Assembly (NCBI GenBank): GCA_038227105.1
Contig: JBBRQB010000001.1
Coordinates: 22,867 to 86,866, forward strand
Source of the DNA: Candidatus Limnocylindria bacterium
GTDB lineage: Bacteria; Chloroflexota; Limnocylindria; P2-11E
Length of the DNA: 64,000 nucleotides
Reading direction: 5' to 3'
In this document: piece after piece, positions 40,007 to 50,503 of the stretch
How the letters are laid out: each line of letters starts with the position of its first letter
Numbering within the stretch: position 1 is the first letter of the stretch
Made by a program: the position numbers and the translations under genes
The notes under the pieces: model-generated
What the model saw: only the letters and a program-made list of their open reading frames with translations
Database searches by the model: none
What the model was told of the DNA's origin: nothing

Positions 40007-40546
40007 CTAGTGCCGGAAGGTCTCCAGCGCGTCCCGCGCGGCGTCGCGGACCCAGGGATACGGATCCGTCATCGCGGCCCGCTCGAGGAGCGGCCGGGCA
40101 CGCCCATCGCCGATGCTCGCCAGGGCGGCCGCCGCCGCCTCACGCACCCCTGATTCGCGGTCACCAAGGAGGCCTGCGACCTCGGCGAGCGTGTCCGCTG
40201 CGCGCAGGCGGTCGAAGCCGTGCGCCGCGAAGATCCTGATCATCCAATCACCATCGATCGCGGCTCGGCGGAACGCCGGCAGCGCCGGCGGCTCGCGCAG
40301 CTCCGCGAGCGCGAAGAGCGCCCACTTCCGGACCTCGCTCGGCTCGTCTGCGGCCAGCATCAGGACAGCGACCGCCCGCTCGCGAAACTCACCGAGCTGA
40401 TCCGGGTGGTCGGCCAGGGCCTTCGCAGCGTGTGCGCGCTCGTACGTCTTGTCGGAGCGGTCGGACAGGATCGTGACGATCGCGCCGAGGTCCCCGGCAC
40501 GCTCGAGCCGTTCCACTTTCGATTGGAAGAACACGGGTGCACGCAT
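40007..40546 (-). CDS. HEAT-repeat protein (179 aa), convergent with the GT2 cluster
   Basis: ..SEVRKWALFALAELREPPALPAFRRAAIDGDWMIRIFAAHGF.. and ..ESGVREAAAAALASIGDGRARPLLERAAMTDPYPWVRDAARDAL.. are HEAT/PBS-lyase repeats. Confidence 0.65.
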   Translation of the reverse strand: MRAPVFFQSKVERLERAGDLGAIVTILSDRSDKTYERAHAAKALADHPDQLGEFRERAVAVLMLAADEPSEVRKWALFALAELREPPALPAFRRAAIDGDWMIRIFAAHGFDRLRAADTLAEVAGLLGDRESGVREAAAAALASIGDGRARPLLERAAMTDPYPWVRDAARDALETFRH

Positions 40547-40595
40547 GCTACGGTGAGCCCAAGAGGGCCACGGAGGGCCAGGAGGGCGTCAGTCG

Positions 40596-40808
40596 ATGAG
40601 ATCCGGCGGATTCCCCTGCCGCTACGGTGGCTGCGACGTGCGCTTCGCCGTGCAGGAACAGGGATCGATGCCCGCGCTGATGGCGGCGAGCGCCGCGCGG
40701 TCCGAACACGAGACGACCGTTCACTCGTACCAGCACATCAAGCTCGAGGACGTGGTCCGCAAGCCGAGCTGGGCGTCTCGCAAACCGGTGACCGCTCCGA
40801 AGCCCTGA
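40596..40808 (+). CDS. Possible small Cys/His-containing protein (70 aa)
   Basis: AGGAGGG 9 nt upstream. FPCRYGGCDVRFAV...HSYQH. Weak call. Confidence 0.3.
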   Translation: MRSGGFPCRYGGCDVRFAVQEQGSMPALMAASAARSEHETTVHSYQHIKLEDVVRKPSWASRKPVTAPKP

Positions 40809-41034
40809 TTCACTTTCGCGTTCCCATTCGGTAGGATTCGTACACAACTGAATACGCGATGCCGGCCAGAGGTGCGGACACCAGCAGCGCCGTCGAGGAA
40901 CGAGCTTCCACCGACACGGACGCAAGGGGTGAGCCGCCGAAGATGGTGATCCGACTCGGGATCGCCTTCTGGTCCACGATCCGGAAGGGCGTGGGCTGTC
41001 GCGACGGAGAAGGCACTCCGCCGCGGAGCGCTGA

Positions 41035-43633
<2,599 letters not shown>

Positions 43634-43634
<1 letters not shown>

Positions 43635-44128
43635 TGGCGCGCGCCTGGGTCTTCGGCGACGACCTCGACACCGATCAGATGGTCCCCGGTCGCTACGCTC
43701 CGTTCATGGTCGGCAAGGACACGTTCCAGAACTACGCCTTCTATGACGCGCGTCCGGGCTTCGCGAAAGAGGTCAAGCCGGGCGACATCCTCGTGGGTGG
43801 GGAGAACTTCGGCTGCGGCAGCTCGCGCGAGTACGCGGTGGCGGCGCTCCAGAAGCTCGGCATCGGCGGGATCGTCGCCAAGAACTTCGCGCGGATCTTC
43901 TTCCGCAACTGCATCAATCTCGGCATCCCCATCGTCGAATCGTCGGGCGCGGTGGCGATGACGAAGGACGGCGACGACGTGACGCTCGACCTCGCCGGTG
44001 CGGTCCTACGGACACCGCAGGGGAACGCGGTCCTTCGTCCGATCGCGCCGTTCGCGCAGCAGATCCTGTCCGCGGGTGGGGTCGTGAAGTACCTCGCCGC
44101 CCACGGAGACTTCCCCGAGGTCCGCTGA
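43634..44128 (+). CDS. Aconitase-family dehydratase small subunit (archaeal type LeuD/HacB)
   Basis: ATG 43634 overlaps the large-subunit stop and is preceded by AGGAGGA. MARAWVFGDDLDTDQMVPGRY..GENFGCGSSREYAV; 164 aa. Confidence 0.88.
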
Positions 44129-44131
44129 GCC

Positions 44132-44483
44132 CTAGAGGTCGACGGCCACCGGTAGCGCGCCTTGCGCCCAGCTCGAGAGCTTCTTTCCGGCACGCCAGCC
44201 CATGTACTTCCCGTCCAGCAGCTCGCGCGCGGTCGCGTCCTCACGCGTGGCGGCCTTCACGATCCGCGCCTGCAGTGATGCGCTCTGCGTGTTGATCCGC
44301 ACGCGGACCCGAGGATCCTTCCGGATGTTCTTCACCCAGTCGGCGCCGTCGCGGCCGCCGCTCAGCATGTAAAAGCGTGCCGTCACGGATGCCGAACCAG
44401 ATCTCGATCTCATGCGGCGTACCGGTCTTGCGACCCGTGGTCGTCAGATACGCCATGTCCTCGTCCGCGAGTCGCTCGAACAT
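44132..44483 (-). pseudogene. F420H2-dependent (DUF385, nitroreductase-like) family gene with a frameshift
   Basis: N-terminal frame MFERLADEDMAYLTTTGRKTGTPHEIEIWFGIRDGT and C-terminal frame ..FYMLSGGRDGADWVKNIRKDPRVRVRINTQ..ARELLDGKYMGWRAGKKLSSWAQGALPVAVDL are both DUF385-like but lie in different frames. The switch maps to the TTTT run near 44375-44385. Confidence 0.7.
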
Positions 44484-44492
44484 GCCACGAGC

Positions 44493-45116
44493 CTACGCGA
44501 GCGTCTCCCGCAGCCAGGCGGTCACGGCGGTCGTGAGCGCGGTCCGGTGCTCGGGCCTGGTGAACAGGTGGTCCGCCCCCTCGATCCGGATGACGCGGCA
44601 TGGCGCGCCGCCCTGACGCAGCACCGCGGCGTAGCGCTCGCTGTCGCCCGGATCCACGACCTCGTCCGCGGTGGCGCTCACGATCAGCACCTTCGCACGC
44701 GTTCGCGAGAGCTCCGCGACGGGCTTGATCGGGCCCATGTAGTCGCGCTGGGTCGGTGGGGCGATCAGTACCGCGCTGCGGATCCGCGAGTCGCGGCCCG
44801 CGGCGAGCCCCGCGATGGCGCCACCGTAGGAGTGGCCGACGACACCGATGCGCTGCGGGATCGACGGATGGCTGCGTAACAAACGGATCGCACCGGCGGT
44901 ATCGGCGAGCCGGTCGAGCCCATCGTCGCTCCGGTGCGCGAATCGCAGCGCCGCGATGCCCGCGGCGGCGAACGCCTCGCAGAGGAACGCGGCGCTCTCG
45001 ATGGTGTGGACGCGGCCGCTGAGGACGGCGACGCCGCCGAGCGTCTCGCCGTCGGGCAGGTGCAGGATCCCCTCGATCTCGACGCCGGCCGCCGCGAACG
45101 ACACGCGCTGGAGCAC
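44493..45116 (-). CDS. Alpha/beta hydrolase (dienelactone-hydrolase-like); start uncertain
   Basis: ..RIGVVGHSYGGAIAGLAAG.. (GxSxG nucleophile elbow), ..VLIVSATADEVVDPG.. (Asp), ..EGADHLF.. (His). The upstream 170 codons of the listed ORF are S/R-rich and overlap the DHFR-family gene, so a GTG near 45116 is taken as the start. Confidence 0.55.
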   Translation of the reverse strand: MLQRVSFAAAGVEIEGILHLPDGETLGGVAVLSGRVHTIESAAFLCEAFAAAGIAALRFAHRSDDGLDRLADTAGAIRLLRSHPSIPQRIGVVGHSYGGAIAGLAAGRDSRIRSAVLIAPPTQRDYMGPIKPVAELSRTRAKVLIVSATADEVVDPGDSERYAAVLRQGGAPCRVIRIEGADHLFTRPEHRTALTTAVTAWLRETLA

Positions 45117-45129
45117 TAGGGCCGGCAGC

Positions 45130-45687
45130 TCATGGGGACACGCGGTACCGCAGGTAGACGACGCCACCCGCGAAGCGGCGCTCCTCCTCGAGGACGAGCT
45201 GTTGGCGCACACCATCCGGCAGGGCTCGCGTGCCGCCGCCCACGATGATCGGCACGAGGAATAGGTGAACCTCGTCGACCAAACCTGCCTTGAGCGCTTC
45301 GGCGGCGATGGTCGGTCCTCCGATGGAGAGGTCCCGCGACGCGGTGGCCTTTGATCGCCGGACGACGTTCGGAGCGAAGTCGCGCTCGAGCGTCGTCCGC
45401 GCGCTCGCGACAGCGTCCAGCGTCTTTGAGTACACGATCTTGTCCGCCGCGTGCCAGATCGCGGCGAAGTCGCGTATGACGGCAGGCTCCGGGCCGACGT
45501 CCATCGTCTCCCAGGCGACCAGCACGTCGTACATGCGCCGGCCGTAGAGGTGCGTGCCGATGGGTCGGACCAGGTCATTGATGAAGGCGTGGACCTCCTC
45601 ATCTGGCGTAGCCCAGTCGAAGCTGCCGCTCTCGTCGGCGACGTAGCCATCGAGCGACGAGATCGTCGCGTAGACGAGCTTCGCCAT
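45130..45687 (-). CDS. Dihydrofolate-reductase-like (RibD C-terminal domain) family protein
   Basis: MAKLVYATISSLDGYVADESGSFDWATPDEEVHAFINDLVRPIGTHLYGRRMYDVLVAWE..LFLVPIIVGGG. ATG at 45687; the listed longer ORF adds an R-rich leader. Confidence 0.7.
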   Translation of the reverse strand: MAKLVYATISSLDGYVADESGSFDWATPDEEVHAFINDLVRPIGTHLYGRRMYDVLVAWETMDVGPEPAVIRDFAAIWHAADKIVYSKTLDAVASARTTLERDFAPNVVRRSKATASRDLSIGGPTIAAEALKAGLVDEVHLFLVPIIVGGGTRALPDGVRQQLVLEEERRFAGGVVYLRYRVSP

Positions 45688-45689
45688 GC

Positions 45690-46943
45690 TCAGGCTCCAG
45701 CGGCTGGCTTGGGGGTGACCTCGGGCATCGCGAGCATCTCGAGGACCATCTCGCGCCGGTCGATCGGCGTGCGGCTCGAGATGAGCTCGAGGACCTTCTT
45801 GCGGCCTTTCATCTTGCCGATGAGCATTGCGCCGACGAGCTTGTCGCCGAGGAAGAACAACCGCTTGTAGTTGCGACCCTCGTAATCGACCTCGACCAGC
45901 GCCTCCGCGTCGGGCTCCTCCTCGGTCGTCACGCCCATCACCGAGATGTTCGAGTCGAACATGCCAGAGGCGTACGTCGGGACCTCCACGTACGGCTGCT
46001 TCGCGCCGAGCATGTTCTTCGCGACATGGCGGCCGTGGTTCAGCGCGTTGTCCCAGGTGCCCATACGGTGGTGGCGCTCCGAGATGACGTCGTAGAACTC
46101 GGCGACGTCGCCGGCGGCCCACACGTCGGGCATGTTCGTCTCGAGGAACTCGTTCGAGCGCACGCCGACCTTCGTGTCGAGCCCGGTGTCCTTGAAGATG
46201 TCGATGTTCATCGTGAGGCCGAGCCCGACGCCGACGATGTCCGCGTTCGCGGTGAATCCGGCGGTCCCGGTGACCTTGACGGTCCAGTTCGACTGTTCGA
46301 CCGTTTCGATGGCTTCTTCGTAGTGGAAGTGCACGCCCGCGTCCTCGCCGAGGAGCGTGACGATCTTGCCGCCGGCCTCATCGAGCGCGCGGCGGAGGAA
46401 CCACGGACCGCGCATGAGCCAGTGCGTCTCGAGCTTGCGGAACGCGAAAGCCTCGGTGAGCTCATAACCGATGAACGAACCGCCCAGGATGACTGCGACC
46501 TTGGACTCCGGGATCTTCGCGACCATCGCCTTGGTCTCGTCCAAGTACTGGAAGTTGAAGACCGACCGCGCCGCGGCGGCGCCCGGGCACGTGAGGGGAT
46601 TGGGCCGGCCACCGGTCGCGATCAGGAGCTTGTCGTACGCCAGCTCGCCGCCGGGCTCCATGGTCACGGTCTTGTGCTCGAAGTCGACCTGCACGACCTT
46701 CGTCTCGAGGCGCAGGTCGATACGGTTCTTGTCGTGCCACGCCTGGTCACGGACGTAGACGCGCTGCTCGAGGAGCACGCCCTTGAGGTAGCGGGGGAGG
46801 GAGACGCGGTTGTAGAGGGTGTACGGCTCGTCGTCGATCATCACGATCTCGCACGCCGCATCGTCCTTGCGGAGCTGCTCGGCGGCATACGTGCCCGCGG
46901 CGCCATTGCCGATGATGACGAAGCGAGTGGGGTTCGCGCCCAA
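45690..46943 (-). CDS. FAD/NAD(P)-binding pyridine-nucleotide-disulfide-type oxidoreductase
   Basis: FVIIGNGAAGTYAAEQL (FAD GxGxxG), VAVILGGSFIGYELTEA (NAD GxGxxG), AAGDVAEF; 417 aa. Confidence 0.8.
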   Translation of the reverse strand: MGANPTRFVIIGNGAAGTYAAEQLRKDDAACEIVMIDDEPYTLYNRVSLPRYLKGVLLEQRVYVRDQAWHDKNRIDLRLETKVVQVDFEHKTVTMEPGGELAYDKLLIATGGRPNPLTCPGAAAARSVFNFQYLDETKAMVAKIPESKVAVILGGSFIGYELTEAFAFRKLETHWLMRGPWFLRRALDEAGGKIVTLLGEDAGVHFHYEEAIETVEQSNWTVKVTGTAGFTANADIVGVGLGLTMNIDIFKDTGLDTKVGVRSNEFLETNMPDVWAAGDVAEFYDVISERHHRMGTWDNALNHGRHVAKNMLGAKQPYVEVPTYASGMFDSNISVMGVTTEEEPDAEALVEVDYEGRNYKRLFFLGDKLVGAMLIGKMKGRKKVLELISSRTPIDRREMVLEMLAMPEVTPKPAAGA

Positions 46944-46989
46944 AGACGTGCCCTCCGATGTGGTGTCGCGGAAAGTGTGGCGGAACAGC

Positions 46990-47065
46990 CGTGATGGTGC
47001 CCGCGGAGGGATTCGAACCCTCGCTGTACTCCTCTTAAGGGAGTCGCCTCTTCCACTGGGCTACG
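46990..47065 (-). tRNA. tRNA with anticodon UAA (nominally Leu/UUA) but class-I length with a short variable loop; identity uncertain
   Basis: Sense strand GCCCGCG-TA-GCCC-AGTGGAAG-AGGC-G-ACTCC-CTTAAGA-GGAGT-ACAGC-GAGGG-TTCGAAT-CCCTC-CGCGGGC-A-CCA. The 7-bp acceptor is perfect, the T-loop is canonical, CCA is encoded, and the discriminator is A73. Confidence 0.7.
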
Positions 47066-47134
47066 CGGGCACGCCAAGTATCGCCCTCAGCCGTGGGTTC
47101 AGGAACCATTCGGCTCGGCTAGCGTCAGGATGTC

Positions 47135-47680
47135 GTGGTGAGCATCTGTTCGCGCGGCGTGGCCGCCCTGGCGCTGGCGCTCGCCGGTCTCGGGGTGCTC
47201 GCCGCGCCCGCGTGGGCGTCGTGCATCCAGCAGACCCAAGCGGATCAGATCGCGCGTGCCGACGTCATCGCCTTCGGGCGCGTGACGAGCGTCGATCGCG
47301 GCGCCGGGACGCTCACCTTCCAGGCCCTCACCGTATACAAGGGCGACACGGGGCCGGATCGCATCACGGTTTCGATCGGCCCCGGGCCACGCGGCAACAA
47401 CGTCGCGACGAGCGTCGACTACCGCGCGGATCCTGGCGACCATCTCCTGTACCTGCAGCGCGCCGCCAGCGGGTACGCGACGAACGACTGCAGTGGCAGC
47501 CATCCCGGTCCGCCGAGCGTCGACGAGCTGCGCCTGCTCGCGCCGGCCGGCGGGACGGTGCTTACCTACACGCCCGCGTCAGACCCGCTCGATCGCTTCG
47601 TCGGACCCGCCATCGCCACGCTCGCCGCCGCGGCGGTCGCCGCGTTCCTCGTGGCGCGGCGACGAAAGAGCGGCGCCTAG
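47135..47680 (+). CDS. Secreted / membrane-anchored hypothetical protein (signal peptide plus C-terminal TM with a basic tail)
   Basis: MVSICSRGVAALALALAGLGVLAAPAWASC.. and ..GPAIATLAAAAVAAFLVARRRKSGA. A LAPAGG motif lies about 20 aa before the TM. Confidence 0.55.
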   Translation: MVSICSRGVAALALALAGLGVLAAPAWASCIQQTQADQIARADVIAFGRVTSVDRGAGTLTFQALTVYKGDTGPDRITVSIGPGPRGNNVATSVDYRADPGDHLLYLQRAASGYATNDCSGSHPGPPSVDELRLLAPAGGTVLTYTPASDPLDRFVGPAIATLAAAAVAAFLVARRRKSGA

Positions 47681-48048
47681 CGCTTCGGCGGCGCCTCGAC
47701 GTTCACCGTGACGGGCCCGCTCCCGGCCCGCGAGAAGACCGCAAGGTTCGCGTCGATCCCGGGGTTCGACTCGCGATGCACGGCGCCGGCAGGGACGTGG
47801 ATGAAGTCACCTTCCTTCGCCTCGATCGTGGCGTCGGAGAACTCCATGCGCAGCGAGCCCTTGAGCACATGGATCGACGTTTCGTGGGTCCCGTGGTGGT
47901 GCCAGCCGCTCATGACCCCCGGTCCGACGCTCACGGTCCCGGAGGTCAGGCCCGGGACCTCGATCGCGTGCGCGCGGGTCATGCCCGGCGTCGGATTCGT
48001 ATCTGTGCCAAGGGCGTCCTTCCTGATCAGGTGGTCACTAGATGTCAC
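47677..48048 (-). CDS. Cupin-domain protein; start uncertain
   Basis: ..VGPGVMSGWHHHGTHETSIHVLKGSLRMEF..GDFIHVPAGAVHRESN.. are the two cupin His motifs. Start could be GTG 48048 or ATG 47982. Confidence 0.6.
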   Translation of the reverse strand: MTSSDHLIRKDALGTDTNPTPGMTRAHAIEVPGLTSGTVSVGPGVMSGWHHHGTHETSIHVLKGSLRMEFSDATIEAKEGDFIHVPAGAVHRESNPGIDANLAVFSRAGSGPVTVNVEAPPKR

Positions 48049-48310
48049 GTTCGTCCCTGCCCTTCTTATCGTCGGTCCCCCAGCGCTCGTGTTGGACGTG
48101 GAGCTGGATGCCGCGTTTCGCGATCCAGTTGTCGACGAGCCGGTCGACCGCGGCATCGCGCGGCACGCGCGCGATCGCGTGATGGTGGTTCGCGCATTCC
48201 AGACGGATCTCGCCTTGCCCGCGCGCGTGCGCGAACATGGGCATGCCGCACTCGTCGCATTCGAGGGTTCCGTCGGCCTTCAAGTCGCGCAATGCGCGTC
48301 CGATCTCCAT
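48038..48310 (-). CDS. Hypothetical small zinc-ribbon-like protein (90 aa)
   Basis: MEIGRALRDLKADGTLECDECGMPMFAHARGQGEIRLECANHHHAIARV..; ordinary composition, CxxC...C..HHH. Confidence 0.4.
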   Translation of the reverse strand: MEIGRALRDLKADGTLECDECGMPMFAHARGQGEIRLECANHHHAIARVPRDAAVDRLVDNWIAKRGIQLHVQHERWGTDDKKGRDERDI

Positions 48311-48465
48311 CGTTGTGGTCTCTCTTCGCTGCCCGCTACACTATGCAGGACCGCCCTGGCCTACGGCCGGGGCGCCTTTTCGCACCGGACCAGGGCAGCT
48401 CGCCCCCACTGGCGGGACCCGAGGACGTCCGCTGCAGACCCAGGAAAGGAAGGTGGGATCACCGC

Positions 48466-48753
48466 ATGCGCCCATACGAGCTCATGTACCTCGTCCAGCC
48501 GACCGCAGACGAAGAGAAGCTCAACGCGGTCAGCGACCGGCTCCAGCAGTCCATCGGCTCGCTCGGTGGCAAGGTCGACAAGGTGACGCCGCCGATCCGC
48601 CGCCGCCTCGCCTACGAGATCGGCAAGTACCGCGACGGCCAGTACGCCGTCCTCGAGTACTCGCTGCCCCCCGAGCAGTCGCGTGAATTCGAACGCGTCA
48701 TCAAGCTGACGGAAGACATCCTTCGCCACATCGTCATCCGTCGCGACGAATGA
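48466..48753 (+). CDS. rpsF: 30S ribosomal protein S6
   Basis: MRPYELMYLVQPTADEEKLNAVSDRLQQSIGSLGGKVDKV.. with RBS GGAAAGGAAGGTGGG. It is embedded in a long spurious ORF in the track. Confidence 0.9.
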   Translation: MRPYELMYLVQPTADEEKLNAVSDRLQQSIGSLGGKVDKVTPPIRRRLAYEIGKYRDGQYAVLEYSLPPEQSREFERVIKLTEDILRHIVIRRDE

Positions 48754-48772
48754 TCAGAAGGAAGTAGAAGCA

Positions 48773-49204
48773 ATGGCATCGATGGCCAAGATCCAGATTA
48801 TCGGAAATGTCGGACGCGACCCCGAGATGCGGATGACCCCGAACGGGAAGCCTGTCTGCGACTTCTCGGTCGCCGTGAACCGCGTCTCCAACTCCGGCGG
48901 CGAGCGTTCGGAGCAGACCGATTGGTACCGCGTCAGCTGCTGGGGCCGCCAGGCCGAGATCGCGCAGCAGTACATCCAGAAGGGCATGCAGATCTTCGTT
49001 GACGGCCGGTTCAGCCCACGCACGTGGACGAACAAGGAGAACGTCGAGAAGACGAGCCTCGAGATCAGCTGCAACGACTTCCAGATGCTCGGTGGCCGCC
49101 GTGACCGCGAAGGCGGCATGGGCGGCGGCGCGATGCCGGGCAACCAGGGCGAAGCGCCCGCAGGTCCGTCGGGGACGTTCGATCCCGACGAGATCCCGTT
49201 CTAA
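48773..49204 (+). CDS. ssb: Single-stranded DNA-binding protein
   Basis: MASMAKIQIIGNVGRDPEMRMTPNGKPVCDFSVAVNR.. OB fold, a Gly-rich tail, and the C-terminal DEIPF acidic tip. Confidence 0.92.
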   Translation: MASMAKIQIIGNVGRDPEMRMTPNGKPVCDFSVAVNRVSNSGGERSEQTDWYRVSCWGRQAEIAQQYIQKGMQIFVDGRFSPRTWTNKENVEKTSLEISCNDFQMLGGRRDREGGMGGGAMPGNQGEAPAGPSGTFDPDEIPF

Positions 49205-49213
49205 GGAGCAGAG

Positions 49214-49783
49214 ATGAGTCAGGATCGTTCCGGTGGATCCCGCGGCGGCTCGCGTGGTGGCGGCGGTGGCCGCGACCGCGATGACCGCGGCGGTGAGCGC
49301 GGCGGCGACCGCGGTGGAGATCGTCCCCGCTACGGCGGCGCACGCCGCCCGCGCCGCAAGGTCTGCGCGTTCTGCGTCGACAAGGTGAAGAAGATCGACT
49401 TCAAAGAGGTCGGCCGTATCCGTCGCTACATCAGCGACCGCGGCAAGATCGACCCGCGCCGCAAGAGCGGCACCTGCGCCAAGCATCAGCGGATGCTCAC
49501 GGCGGCGCTCAAGCGCGCACGCCACATGGCGCTCCTTCCGTACACGGCCGAGCACGTGCGCTCGCTCATGAGCCCGCAGGCTCGCGCCATGGCCGGTGGT
49601 CCGCCGCCGCCCAAGCCTGATCGTCCGCCCTACCGTCCGGGTGGCTACGGTGCCCCGGGCGGCTTCCGTCCCGCAGGTGCACCGGCACCGATGGGCGCGG
49701 GTCAGCCCGCTCCCGCCGCACCGGCCCCTGCCGCCGCACCCGCACCAGCTCCCCGGCCGGCCGAAGGCACTCCCAGCGCGTAG
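49214..49783 (+). CDS. rpsR: 30S ribosomal protein S18 with long low-complexity N- and C-terminal extensions
   Basis: Core [67 protein letters not shown] is S18. It is flanked by about 45 aa of G/R/D-rich sequence and about 65 aa of P/A-rich sequence, for 189 aa in total. Confidence 0.85.
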   Translation: MSQDRSGGSRGGSRGGGGGRDRDDRGGERGGDRGGDRPRYGGARRPRRKVCAFCVDKVKKIDFKEVGRIRRYISDRGKIDPRRKSGTCAKHQRMLTAALKRARHMALLPYTAEHVRSLMSPQARAMAGGPPPPKPDRPPYRPGGYGAPGGFRPAGAPAPMGAGQPAPAAPAPAAAPAPAPRPAEGTPSA

Positions 49784-49804
49784 CACGCACGCAACGGGCA
49801 GCAC

Positions 49805-49840
49805 GAGAGGCCGGCAGCGTTGCCGGCCTCTCGCATTTCT
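49805..49840. terminator. Bidirectional terminator hairpin GAGAGGCCGGCA-gcgt-TGCCGGCCTCTC
   Basis: 12-bp perfect stem after rpsR, followed by GCATTTCTGG. It also lies just downstream of the convergent 49845 gene. Confidence 0.6.
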
Positions 49841-49844
49841 GGCT

Positions 49845-50450
49845 CTAGACCGTCCCGGCAAGGAGCAGCGGCACGACAAAGACGATCAGCGTCGCCGTGA
49901 CAACGAGTAGCGCGCCGAGTCCGACTCGCGTCCTCGTGCTCTTGCGGCGCGCGAGGGGAATGAGACTTCCGGGTAGCAGCGCCACCACGAAAACGCCGAG
50001 CACCGGCAGCGTGCCGAGCGAAACGCTGGCGGCGAACGCGATCCAGAGCAGCCGGTCGCTCACGCGCGCCTGCCCGCGGTGGAAGGTCGTGTAGATCGCG
50101 CCCGCGATGATCGCCATCGGCAGCGCGAAGATCAGCCCCATGACGCCGGCGCCCAGGGCCAGGCCGACCGAGAAGAGGACGATGCGCGTCCCGAGATCAC
50201 GGCCCTCCGCGCGCTCGGCGAGCCACGACCAGCCGGCGTAGATCGCCAACGGGAAGCCGATGAACGGCACAGCGAGCGACCCGTTGCCGTTCAGGGCCCA
50301 CGATCCGATGGTGATCCGGCTCTCGCTCAAGACCTGTGTGAGGAGCAGGATCGCGAGGCCGATGCCGCTCCCCCCGAGGAAGACGAGGAACGGTCGAGGC
50401 GCCTCGCTCCGGGTCGCGATCGCCACCCTGTCGCTCACGACGCGCAGCAT
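49845..50450 (-). CDS. Hypothetical integral membrane protein (about 6 TM)
   Basis: MLRVVSDRVAIATRSEAPRPFLVFLGGSGIGLAILLL... multiple hydrophobic helices. Start set at ATG 50450; the longer listed ORF overlaps porB. Confidence 0.5.
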   Translation of the reverse strand: MLRVVSDRVAIATRSEAPRPFLVFLGGSGIGLAILLLTQVLSESRITIGSWALNGNGSLAVPFIGFPLAIYAGWSWLAERAEGRDLGTRIVLFSVGLALGAGVMGLIFALPMAIIAGAIYTTFHRGQARVSDRLLWIAFAASVSLGTLPVLGVFVVALLPGSLIPLARRKSTRTRVGLGALLVVTATLIVFVVPLLLAGTV

Positions 50451-50453
50451 ACG

Positions 50454-50479
50454 AAGAGGCCGGCCTTTCGGCCGGCCTC
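50454..50479. terminator. Hairpin AGAGGCCGGCC-tttc-GGCCGGCCTCT downstream of the POR operon
   Basis: 11-bp perfect stem sharing the GAGGCCGGC core with the 49805 hairpin. Confidence 0.5.
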
Positions 50480-50503
50480 TCGTGACAGCTGGGTCGGTCC
50501 GCG

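Noticed and set aside
47540-47680. LAPAGG motif in the 47135..47680 protein, considered as a class-E sortase (LAxTG) sorting signal
   Set aside because: The motif lacks the Thr, and it lies about 20 residues upstream of the C-terminal TM helix rather than immediately before it.
46819-48753. 644-aa + ORF spanning the tRNA, the secreted-protein gene, the cupin gene and rpsF
   Set aside because: R-rich and crosses a tRNA gene and several better-supported genes on both strands. Only its last 95 codons (rpsF) are real.
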